From positions 92,750,497-92,814,496 of the forward strand of contig NC_068981.1 in the NCBI RefSeq assembly GCF_001194135.2: 64,000 nt of DNA. The letters run 5' to 3'. The notes below the pieces were generated by a model, which searched no databases, was not told where the DNA came from, and saw only the letters and a list, made by a program, of their open reading frames with translations. A program made the position numbers and the translations under genes. Position 1 is the stretch's first letter. Every line of letters begins with the position of its first letter. Positions 27,150-39,099 of the stretch are shown in pieces. The DNA is from Octopus bimaculoides. Taxonomy: Eukaryota.

Positions 27150-27390
27150 CAGGGAATAGACTGTAGTCATACTGGAGCACTGCCTTGAAGAACTTAAGTT
27201 GAACTTATAGACATCAGTACTGCTTAAATTTTTTGTAAAACCTGATATATATTCTATTCGTTACTTTTGCTAACCGTTAAGTTACGGGGGCGTAAACACA
27301 GCGGTGCTCGGGGACAAACACAGATACAAAGGATATAAACACACATAGATACACACACACAGACACACAGACACACACGCACACAAACAT
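27150..27390 (-). mobile_element. SINE fragment (20557 family)
   Basis: gtcatactggagcactgccttgaag and taagttacgggggcgtaaacac..ggacaaacacag match 20557-20770. Confidence 0.65.
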
Positions 27391-27428
27391 ATACATACAC
27401 GTGTGAGTATGATATTGTATAGACGAAT

Positions 27429-27904
27429 ATATTACTCAAAGATATTCCAACTGTATCTGATTTTCATGTTTTATTTACAATCTTATAATAATATAATATA
27501 ATATAATAATATAATATAATATAATAATATGATATAATATAATACATTATAATATAATGAAATGATAGAATATTAAATGTCCATTCTGATTGAACTAGTG
27601 ATTCCATGCATTAAACTATGCAATCTTCAGGTTCATATAGAAGTGGTGACAATTATGTTTTACAATTTACAACAGTTGTAAATTGTAAAGCATAACTGTC
27701 ACCACTACCACATGAACCAGAGGAGTGCATAGTTTAATGCATGAAAGCACTAGTTCAATCAGAACGGACATTTAATATTGTATCATTTCATTATATTATA
27801 ATGTATTATATTATATCATATTATATTATATTATATTGTATTGTATTATTATAAAATTGCAAATAGAACGTGAAAACCAAAGATGGAATTTCTTTGAGTA
27901 ATAT
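27429..27904. repeat. ~475-bp imperfect foldback palindrome (MITE/foldback-like)
   Basis: The arms pair from atattactcaaag../..ctttgagtaatat inward to tttacaatttacaac-a-gttgtaaattgtaaa. The centre is at 27674 with a 1-nt spacer. Confidence 0.9.
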
Positions 27905-28598
27905 GTATATATATATANNNNNNNNNNNNNNNNNNNNNNNNNNNNNNNNNNNNNNNNNNNNNNNNNNNNNNNNNNNNNNNNNNNNNNNNNNNNNNNNNNN
28001 NNNNNNNNNNNNNNNNNNNNNNNNNNNNNNNNNNNNNNNNNNNNNNNNNNNNNNNNNNNNNNNNNNNNNNNNNNNNNNNNNNNNNNNNNNNNNNNNNNNN
28101 NNNNNNNNNNNNNNNNNNNNNNNNNNNNNNNNNNNNNNNNNNNNNNNNNNNNNNNNNNNNNNNNNNNNNNNNNNNNNNNNNNNNNNNNNNNNNNNNNNNN
28201 NNNNNNNNNNNNNNNNNNNNNNNNNNNNNNNNNNNNNNNNNNNNNNNNNNNNNNNNNNNNNNNNNNNNNNNNNNNNNNNNNNNNNNNNNNNNNNNNNNNN
28301 NNNNNNNNNNNNNNNNNNNNNNNNNNNNNNNNNNNNNNNNNNNNNNNNNNNNNNNNNNNNNNNNNNNNNNNNNNNNNNNNNNNNNNNNNNNNNNNNNNNN
28401 NNNNNNNNNNNNNNNNNNNNNNNNNNNNNNNNNNNNNNNNNNNNNNNNNNNNNNNNNNNNNNNNNNNNNNNNNNNNNNNNNNNNNNNNNNNNNNNNNNNN
28501 NNNNNNNNNNNNNNNNNNNNNNNNNNNNNNNNNNNNNNNNNNNNNNNNNNNNNNNNNNNNNNNNNNNNNNNNNNNNNNNNNNNNNNNNNNNNNNNNNN

Positions 28599-28673
<75 letters not shown>

Positions 28674-30049
28674 CGGTTTTACGTCTGTGTACGTATGCGT
28701 ATGTTTATTTATCTTTATATGCGTGTGTGTGCGTGCGAGTGCGTGTGTGTGCGTGCGAGTGCGTGTGTGTGAGAAGATCGTCTCTTTTATTTCACTAATA
28801 CCTTAGTTCTTCACAATAAAATAATGAACGATAAAGATTGCCCTAACAGAATTTGATCTCAGCTTACTTAGACCAAAAGTAATAACCAGCCATTTGTTCC
28901 CGGCCTTCTAATAACTCCTCTAGTAATATTAGTTAAAAGTATATCAAAACAATTGAAAATCAATGTGTGCATGACTTAATTGAACGCTTCGTTAATGCAA
29001 AGAATAAAGAATTAGCAAGCCCTAAATACTATAGATTGATGATCTGCCTTATGACAGTTTACGAAATGTTAGTGGAATAAGATCACAAAAGGTAAATAAA
29101 AAGCTGATATGCAATAGTTCCAAATAATATAAATGATGTTGCACAAATTCATGTCTTCCTACACAATAACACACTGTTTGGATCATTTAGAAGCAGAACG
29201 ATAGATTTGAGCATGGTTGTATCCCAGACTTAAATCTTGGAATTATTAAGGTAGCATGAATAAAATGCTGATACCGAAAGTAATTAATTGCAAAGACTTC
29301 TGAAATTACCTGCAATAGAATCTATTAAAGATCTAACCCTCAGCTCCTTCATTACTTCTTCGCTATCTGACGCTAAAACATTTAATCAACATTGTAAATC
29401 TGACTACACTCGAAAGGAAATCGTGTTTGTATATACATGACCTCAGACTCTATGCTTGAGATTATAAACCATAAAGGCTGCTTGCGAAAACTATACAGAT
29501 TTACTAGATTAAAATATAGGAAAATTCGATTAGTAAAATACGCCTAGGAAAACTTAAGGAGAGAAAAATTAATTAAGAGGGCAAATTTGATGTTAGATAA
29601 ACAAATATAACTAAGAGAAGTAAAACAAAGCACGCATATAAATACTCAGATGTCAATGCGCCAGCGTTGATTCATGGAACGTAAAAGAGCGGATTATGTG
29701 AATAGTAAATAAATACTTAAAAACAAAGCAAAATACAAAATATACCAAAAGATATAAATCAACAATATGATTGCTCCAGTCATTTGAAATAGATATAATA
29801 TATTGAACTGAATGATAAACTAGATAAAATATCCACTGTTTATCTCCCAAAATGTCTAATGAAAAATTGCTATTTAAAAATCGTTACGAAAGAAGAAGCA
29901 GAAAATGAGCATTTTAAAAATAAAATCTCGTGCCTCAAGCATGTGGAAAGAAATGCGGATCGATAGTAAATATTTTGTAAAGGCTAACTAACATCATCAA
30001 AGTTGTAACCTCTAGAATTCTAGAAACTGCAGTTTATGGTCTTGAAATT

Positions 30050-30560
30050 TTTATTGGTACCACTGCCGCTGACCACATTCCATTTATTTTGTCCTTTTTC
30101 CAAATGTTCGAAGCAAAACGCTTTCAACGGATTCTGTGTATGGGTTAGAACTCCCGGATTTTTTTACGCTTTTTAGTGGTTATCAGGACGTTGAACACCA
30201 TGTGATCACACTTCACCTCATGTTACTCGTTAACTAAGCGTTCATGACCTAACACTGCTTTAAAGAAAACGTGACAACCAGCTAGTGTTGTGTTGAACGA
30301 TGTGTTACATGTCTTCATAAAGTGTGGCACTACTCTCTCGATCAGTTTGTCTTGAATCGGCTGTTTCATCGTCTCGTTTTCTTTCATAGACAGTACTGTG
30401 TTGACAGAACTTTAGTACTCATTGTCCAGAGCTTCTTCAAACACCTCTTTTGAGATCATATAAACTCCACGTTTGAAGACATTTTGAAGAAATAACATGC
30501 CCATAATCTCCTTTCCCTTTCATCGACACCGTTTTGAGTTTGGAAACATTGTTATTTGTA
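30050..30560 (-). mobile_element. Decayed mariner transposase remnant
   Basis: Minus gtaacatgaggtgaagtg..gataac..aagcgtaaaaaaatcc resembles IVTGDEKW..YDN.KRKKS, with many lesions. Confidence 0.4.
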
Positions 30561-31017
30561 ACATACCGTTCTCCTTCTTTTTCTCTGAATACCGATTCAT
30601 TTTATGACATACCTGCTAGCAGAAAAAAATCTAACCATTGTTGTTGCTTTCGTTGATAAAATATGCCAGTTCTAATCTGTGAATATTAGTTTATGACTGT
30701 ACCTTTCAGAGCAACATTTATTTTTTCCTAATCAACTTTATTCTAATATAGAGTTGTTTTTTCTTTGTGTCTCAAACTTTAGAATAAGCCAACAATAGAA
30801 TAAGCCAACATAAAGAGCTTGTAAAAGTTGTTTGTTCAACCACTTTTTGTAAAATTTCGATATGGCAATTATATGATTTTCCAGCTTAAGGTGAAAACAA
30901 ATTGGTTGTTAAAACGTTTCAATATCTCTTTATGAAGACATCCAGCATTTGTATCAAGTGAAATGGTTAAAAACTAAAAACCTTTCGTGGAAATTTGCTT
31001 TATATATATGTATGTGT

Positions 31018-31074
<57 letters not shown>

Positions 31075-31189
31075 TGTGTGTGTGTCCAATGAAGAAGACG
31101 AAGATTATTATTGTTGTTGCTGTTGCAATTTCACTTCTCAGAGCACACGATTTCACTTGCTCCGTATAATTTTGTAAGAGCGAACGACA

Positions 31190-31510
31190 AATTTTTGCTC
31201 AGGGTCTCACACGACCTTCTTCCACGACACTTATCACCCAAGTACCAATCTGAAAATACTCGCAGTCCCCAATAAAGCATCTTCCACCTTCATGTCAATC
31301 CCAATTTCTGCAATAAATTATTCAAACCTGGTTGTTTATGCTTCCAGTGCCCCTGCACTTTACTGGAATGACATACTCTTTCTTCCTTGTCTATATTTCG
31401 TACTATCTCATCTGTTAGTGCTTGTACTTTTCAATCTTTTCACATTCTTTATCATCCACTCCTATATCCATTGGTATGGTAATATGCATTATCTCGGTCT
31501 CCTATTTGCA
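31190..31510 (-). mobile_element. R4/Dong-like 3' end (RLE domain)
   Basis: Minus: IMHITIPMDIGVDDKECEKIEKYKH*..VIPV..GALEA..AEIGIDMKVEDALLGTASIFRLVLG*. Confidence 0.75.
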
Positions 31511-31544
31511 GCATGATTATCATTACCAACGCCATCATTATCAT

Positions 31545-31548
31545 CACC

Positions 31549-31623
<75 letters not shown>

Positions 31624-31650
31624 ATCATCATCATTAGCATTATCATTCTC
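31545..31650 (+). repeat. (TTA)n microsatellite with (TCA)n flanks
   Basis: Direct reading. Confidence 0.97.
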
Positions 31651-33261
31651 ATTATTCACTGATAGATTTTTACTATTTCCAACCGATAGTTTAAGCGAAG
31701 AATGAATTAGTTACATCTACTTTTCTTTCTACTTACAAAAATCTTCACACAACTAGCAAATATTTAACCATTTGTTTCTTGTAATGAGTACATCAATCAT
31801 ATTTCGCACCACTCCTCAGGTTTAACTTACAAGCAGGTGAAATTACATCTCAGATATTGCTAAGGCTACAGTAAAATACACACGTGACCTCTTTAAGATT
31901 AAGGTCACTGAATTGATTGACATAAGTTTCCTCGTAGATTTGTCAAGATTTTAGCTCACAGACATGTTATATCCCTCACCTCTCTTTCTTTCTTACGCAC
32001 GCTCTTTCTTTCTGTTTCTCTCTCTTTTTCTTTTCCTTTCCATAATGGTCTTTGTTGCTCAGATCTGCTTGCCTGTTCTCTGGTACTCTGAAATATCTCG
32101 TCTCTTTTTATTTCATCATTTATATTATATACATTCTGCAGGGATCTATGTCTTACTTTCCTCGCCCAGAACATTCACTCTTTATAATTCCTTCCGTACA
32201 AGTGTGTTTTCTGTAGGACTCTGTAGGACTTAATCAGTTACAAAGAACAATAACAGTATCAACCTCACGTATTTCCGAGGCATGTGACAGTCATGGGCAA
32301 TGAGTCTAACTACAGATATTGCTTATAAAAAATAGTTCAATGAAAAGCTAAAAAGCTACCAAAAGATTTAATATTTGTGGTTACCGTGTTTCTTAGAATT
32401 AACATTAAAAGCCTCCATCAAATCATCCACAATATCATTAAAAGAAATCGACATAATGCCTCAAATAAAGAGGGGGAGTTCATCCTAGAATGATTTTGAG
32501 GACAAGTCTGTTCTGCAAGGTTATAACCATAATAGTATACGTCTGAATCACCTTCTCACTGGTGCTGCTTACTTTTACCTAAAATGGAATTTTATGCCCG
32601 CCTGACAGAATCTAAGATTTCCTTCCCTTCATATTATGACAGCATTGGGAAATACCAACAAAATTTCGAAAGTGGTTATTGATATCTACGCTTCAGTATA
32701 AGGCTACAAACATTATATAGGATATATTGTTAAAAATGAAAAAAAAGGTAACCGAAATATGTGGAACTAAAACCTTAACTCACTATTTGAATATTATTAT
32801 TTTAATGAGTAATGCGTTGCAAATCTCCGCACAAACTGTTCTACGGACTTCAAGCAAATAACTGACATACTTATGAAAATGGTATAGCTCAAAACACTTG
32901 AAAATGAACTGCAAACTTCAAATTTCAGAGAAAAAATATGAAACATATCTGTGCAAAATAAGGCATACTGATAATCGATAAAATTATTTGGAATCTAAAA
33001 AGGGCTAATTTTACAATTCAAACTCACATGAAATATAGAAAATTTATGAAAAAAAGCTACGTATAAAATATAGAAAATTTATAACAAAAAGCTAAGTATG
33101 ACATATATCCACAACATTTAAGATTCACGAATAAATACTACATAAAAATTAGACTATTAAAATGTGAGCACAATCTAACTGGAAATGTAAAAAGAAAAAA
33201 ATCTTAAAATGTGACTTTAGTTTCCATTAACCTAGTTAGGTTTAAAATATACTTTCTCTAT

Positions 33262-33459
33262 AGGGCGGCGAGCTGGCGGAATCGTTACCACGCCGAGCGA
33301 AATGCTTAGCAGTATTTCGTCTGCCGTTACGTTCTGAGTTCATCCTTTCAGGGTCGGTGAAAGAAGTACCAGTTACGCACCGGAGTCGATGTAATCGACT
33401 TAATCCCTTTGTTTGTCTCCTCTATGTTTAGCTCCTTGTGGGCAATAAAGAAATAAATA
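33262..33459 (+). mobile_element. tRNA-derived SINE with internal deletion and A-rich tail
   Basis: agggcggcgagctggcggaatcgtt..gaaatgcttagc..gttctgagttca..gtcgatgtaatcgact..gcaataaagaaataaa. Confidence 0.85.
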
Positions 33460-34689
33460 TGTTTTCTTAAAACTGATGCGATATTCAACAAAAAATAGAA
33501 TTGAAAATGTGTACTACAAAAAAAAGTGGACGAAATGAAATTAAAACATTATGATCATAAATAGTAAGAAGGCAAATCAGGGGGATAGATTTAGAAAAGG
33601 TAAACAAGCAAGATATAGAGCAAATGAATACAAAATCAAGACATAAAACATCTACAAAATGATGTCCGACAACAGCAGAAACAGACCTACGCACAAAATA
33701 TGAACGAAATCAACGCGATGAATATTTTAATAATAAAACATTTTAAGAGACATTTAAAATATAAGAGAGGCATTAAAAATATAAAACAATATAAGAGAGA
33801 CATTTAAAATATAAAAGTCATTGACCAATATTAGATTCACCCAAAGAAAAAAATACTAAACCGAAACAATATTAAATGTAGGTCAGTGTATCAAGAAATG
33901 TATTGAAAACAGACTTAAAATGGATTTGTTCCAAAGAACCCATATAACGTTAAATACATCCCGAAGAAGCACAAATGAACGTAGGCACTTCTTCATAACT
34001 GAGATACTTATCTACGAAAATCTTAAAAATAAAAACAACAGACGTTATAAATAAAGATATTGAGAGAAAGATAAATGTTTTTTAAAGATTTCCTCTTAGA
34101 CATTGAAATCAAAAAAGAGAATCTAGAAAGAGAAGTAAATTCTAGTAAAATTTAGTAAAATACATCATAACAAGGAAGCAGTAAAAAGAATGCTTTAAAA
34201 AAATAGCTAAAGAATTTTGATCATAAATATTTTCTAATAGTAGGAAAAACAAACATTCGAGAACAGTCTGAAACAATGTTTAGAAGAATTCGAGAGCAAA
34301 TAAATTGAAATTAATGCAATACTAACGACGAGAGAAATATAATAATTTGGGGTGCAGCAAGGCATTGATTTCAAAAACGTCATACGGAGTGACAGCTGTA
34401 AAAATATTTCAAATGGATAAACTGCTTGAGAAATATAGTCACTTCTAGAAAGAATTAAAGAAATACGATATTTCAAAGGGTATAACGGTTGTAAAGATTC
34501 ACTTGTACATATAAAAGTGGCTAAACGGAGATAGAAATATATCAGATTCCCAGAGTTGTTAGCTAAATGTTTGGGTTCCATAGGTATTCAACAATATAAG
34601 GGAAAAAATTGAAATCGTAAATCCCCAGGTGATAAAAACAACAACAGCTACTATTGTCTTTACTGATGAGAATTATAAAAAAAATTAAG

Positions 34690-34787
34690 AATGATGATCA
34701 TGATGAAGAAGAAGAAGAAGAAGAAGAAGAAGAAGAAGAAGAAGAAGAAGAAGAAGAAGAAGAAGAAGAAGAAGAAGAAGAAGAAAT
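34690..34787 (+). repeat. (GAA)n microsatellite
   Basis: Direct reading. It explains the poly-Glu ORF. Confidence 0.97.
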
Positions 34788-34859
34788 GGAAAGAACTGGA
34801 ACTGCATGGCCAATCCTTGCAACAAATCGAACATGTTGAAAGCTAAACTTGCTACTTTT

Positions 34860-35550
34860 GGTTGACAGACAGACGGGAACTTGAAATAAGAGACGGAAGC
34901 ATTAATTATATCTCCTCAAGAAAAAGCTCTAATAATAAACCCGATCAAGGCAAAGATCGATAAAAACTCAGTCAGACAGCAAATATGGAATCTAATAGAA
35001 AGGAGATAAGTATCAATCACATTTTGAATGAGTGCAGTATACTAGCACAAAAGGAATACAAACGCAGACATGGCTGTATAGGCAAAGGAGTGCAGTGGGA
35101 TGTAGTATTGTATGTGGGTTCAAAAAGACAGACCAGTGGTATGTACTCGAATCAAAAGCTGTGGTAGAGAAGAAGCATTACTAGATCTTGTCGTAATGCG
35201 CCGTACATATTGACAAAAAAGATCATACAGGACTATAGAACACAAAATAAACAAACAGCGCGAGATAATGAATTTTGCAACTTCATATGATAGCAGAGTG
35301 AATAACAAAGAAATAAATATAAAAACTGAGAAATTCTAGGGGCTAACCAGGGAGCTGAGGAGGCTGTGTAAGACAAAGACAACGATTATTCCTGTAGTAG
35401 TAGGTGTACTTGAAACAGCACACAAGATGTTACATAAAGGACCGAAATAAATCGGAATTGGATCTCGCATTGCTGAACTTCAGAAAGTAACATCCTATAT
35501 TCTGCAAGAATTCTAAAAAAATTCTTGAGATTTATTGTCACCTAAACTAA
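34860..35550 (+). mobile_element. R4/Dong-like 3' end, copy 1 of the cluster
   Basis: ETEALI..QEKAL..IKAKIDK; INHILNECSILAQKEYKRRHGCIGKGVQW; IPVVVGVLE; ELQKVT..RILKKILEI. Confidence 0.8.
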
Positions 35551-35589
35551 AGATAAAATAACCTCTACATAAATTAGCCTTCATTAGCG

Positions 35590-35608
35590 TAACAACAACA
35601 ACAACAGC

Positions 35609-35663
<55 letters not shown>

Positions 35664-35690
35664 CTAATAATAATAATAGTAATAATAATA
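35590..35690 (+). repeat. (CAA)n(TAA)n compound microsatellite
   Basis: Direct reading. Confidence 0.97.
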
Positions 35691-35834
35691 AGACAGTAGC
35701 ATTCGCGTTCACCACGCTAACAGCCGACCTCGGCGACGTCGTGCGCACGCACTTCGCTCGCATTTTGCTCGTGGGTCGTCGTTGCGTGCCGGCGTCGTTG
35801 GCCGCTTGGTTAGCTGTCAGGTTCCCGTGCTCGT

Positions 35835-36440
35835 TTGCAAGGATAAAATACTGCCTCTTCCAGTGCAGCACACTTGTCCAAAATAAATACAGGAGGAAGT
35901 ACAATAACGTGGCTAAGTTAATTCCCCGAAGTTTGCGTGAGAATTACTGTCTTGGAAAGACACAGAGATGGTACAAACATATGCAAAAATGAACAAGAAA
36001 TTGTCGCTGAGAGCAATCTTGTAGGGTTTTACTATTCAATGTGACTCTCTAGTAGATGCTCGGCGAGACATTGCTGTAGTAGATATAAGTAAAAAGGAAA
36101 ATAAGATTATAGATATTGCCATACCTGGGAACGCACGGGTAGGTGACAAGAGCTGGAAAATGTGGAAAAACACAAGTTACTAGAAGGAAAATATTGCAAA
36201 AATGTTTGTAATGAAAAGCGTAACTGTCATCTCAGTAGTTGTAGCGGTACTCGGAGCACTAACATCCAAGTTCGGGATGTATGTCGGAGAAATTGAAATT
36301 TAGATGGGTATATTGCATGCTCAAAACCTTCTCTATTAGGGACAGCAATGAACTTGAGATTAGCCCTTCTGTGTTAAGTATCTTCCAAGACATTTGACAA
36401 GTAGGTTCTAAGTCTTGTAATTCGTAGAAAGAGACCTTGA
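35835..36440 (+). mobile_element. R4/Dong-like 3' end, copy 2
   Basis: QCSTLVQNKYRRKYNNVAKLI..RWYKH; IQCDSLVDARRDIAVVD..KIIDIAIPGNARV; VISVVVAVLGAL. Confidence 0.8.
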
Positions 36441-36599
36441 GAGAGTCTGTGAGATCGTTGACAACAGATTGCTGTCTGCTCACACAGAATTAACCAGAGC
36501 AAGTATGATCGAGAATTCTGATAAGTAATATAAAATATAAGAATAAGTAAGAAAGAAGCCGAAAACATAGACTCAGTCCTCTTAAATACGAGTCATCTC

Positions 36600-37330
36600 A
36601 ACTGTGGAAAGAGAAAAAGATGGAGATAGTGTCAATTATCAAAGTGTATTAAGAGAGATATAAAGAAAATAGAGCACACTGTCCAGTAGAGCTGTTGTAC
36701 AAAGTATGCTTCATTAGTATGGCCAGATTCAACAAGAAAGTATTTGATAGTTGAAGAAAAGAGATGGCATGGTACCGTAGGCTGAAGTTTGCAAGCCCGC
36801 CACATATGCAAGATTCACATAGTTCCAACAAAATTTGAGTTAAAGCAATTGTAATAATTAAGAGCATTTTCTTTGGAATGGAAAGCATGAACCAATGGGA
36901 GTGGTAGAAAATGACACAGGAAGATCCTTTCTGACACCCTGTTCCAATGTGGTCGTAGTATCCTACATCGGAAACCCGATATTCTACTGTCAGTCAAGGA
37001 AGAAATAACGTACCTGATCATAGATATCGTTTCCCCTAGTAACCGAGAGAACCATCGAAAACGGAGCAAAATTGACTGAACATGAGGCTCTGAAACGCAA
37101 CCTCGAAAAGCTATGGTCAATCAAAAAAGTGTATATTGTTCCAAACATTATTGCTGCCCTAGATAAAGTGAATCCCCCGCCAAAACATTGTTTGAAAATG
37201 ATAGGAATAAAAATGATAGGTAAATACTAAGAATAGAAATGGAAATTGGATATATTCAGAAAAGAACAATACTTTGCAGTGTAAATATCACCGCAATATA
37301 CACGATAGATAAAAATAAAGTACCACCTTA
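36600..37330 (+). mobile_element. R4/Dong-like 3' end, copy 3
   Basis: HEPMGVVEND; FQCGRSILHRKPDILL..YLIIDIVSP; KLWSIKKVYIVPNIIAALDKV. Confidence 0.8.
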
Positions 37331-37396
37331 ATTTACGGGAATTATACAGCTAATATTTTAATGAACCCCCCAGTGACTTGCTGAGTATGGTCAAAT

Positions 37397-37600
37397 ATGA
37401 AGCCTGTTCCTGTTGTCATCGGATCAGTGGATTCAATACCATCCAACCTGAAGAAGCATCTGAAGATTTAGAAAAATCATACAATCTTGGTGTATTGCAA
37501 AAGCCGGCTTTACTTGGAACTGAGCGCATACTGAGTAAAGTACTGTCTATCTGAGATTCTTGTGACTTGACAGACAGCGCAAATGTACTGCTCACACAAT
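37397..37600 (+). mobile_element. R4/Dong-like extreme 3' end, copy 4
   Basis: MKPVPVVIGSVDSIPSNLKKHL..LGVLQKPALLGTERILSKVLSI*. Confidence 0.8.
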
Positions 37601-39099
37601 ATCTTCAGTCTATAACATCAAAATATTGGATACTTAATTAATCGAAAGAAATTATTAAAACTTTGATGGGAAGTATTGTCGATAATACTTCTAAGATTTA
37701 TTGTTCATTTCATCATATAACTAACGTATTAGATATGTTCATATTAGCTGAAAATCTCATATCATTTCTAAGCAAACACCCGGAGATGTTTGAAATAAAT
37801 ATTAGCTGTATTACGTACCACCACAAATAATGTAAAAACAACACAAATAATATTTGAGTTTTGTAACATCGAAGTATAAGAAAAATGATAAGAACAAAAG
37901 TCAACATCAGAAACCAGGAACAAATAAACTGATACCCAATAAAAATAAAGACAATTTCAATACAGAGACAGACTTCCCTCCTCTAGTAATTGATAGTGAA
38001 ACATTAAAGTAAAGTAATAAATACTGATTTAAGAAAGAGTATTTTCGAAGCGAAAACAATATAACAGAAATTAAAACAGACCGCTTAAAGTTGTGAATAT
38101 TTATATAAACACTAGTAACGAATACAAAGCAACAAATATGAAGACGTTGAGAACGTAAATTACGAATATAGCACATGGTACGAAAAACCAAATGCAAATG
38201 AAATAGCATGTACGAGATACAGACTAATGAAAATCGAACGAGAAATCACACAAACAAAAATATGGGTAAAAACGAACAGACGAAAACTTCAAGAATAGAA
38301 GCTTAGAACGAGAAAAATTGGGAAAATGACAATGAAATATTAAAAGTAAAAACAAAACTGTTATTCAAGATGACGAATGAAAATACATGCCAAAGGATAA
38401 CTTGAAGTTTTATAGCCACAGAACTATTAGTGAACACGTCATCTGCAAATACTTAATGATATCAGAGAGTACGATCAATATCATCAGATTAAAAGTAAGA
38501 ATATATGCCGCACTCACAGTACTTACAAAGAAAAATAGATATTTCTTTAGAACTAACGATGTAGAAATCCAAAATACAGTCATATAACATGGAGCACAAA
38601 CATTTATAAAATGAAAGAAAATACAGAGAGCCTTCCATAATTTATAACATTAAAAGTGAAACTTGAAACAAAGAAATTTAAAACCAAGGTAGACAAGCGA
38701 AGTGGAATTTATTTTTAATATTTGCGATCCCAGTAAAGCTAAAACACACAGTAGCAAAATATCAATGAATTTCAAAAGCGGCAGCAATTAGTCTGATTCT
38801 CACATAATAAATCTCGATGAAATAAAACAGAAATCATCACAATATCAACGGCAAGAGGAATAAGTATCCCTTAGATGATATAGACAGTGGAAGAATCACT
38901 CTAAACGGGTTTGTTCCAAACGACAACTAAAGCTCTTATATTAACGTGACAGGCCATATGTACACTTAATATGTTAGAAAACGTAAACAATATAAGAACA
39001 TACACTCTCGGTTGAGATATTTAACAATAACACATAGAATGTGAAGAGATGTTTCAGAAAATACTAACTGGCTGATTTGAGTAGAAAGCTATATAACCT

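Noticed and set aside
11687-28772. Long ORFs of 200-300 aa made mostly of X
   Set aside because: They are artefacts of reading through N-gaps.
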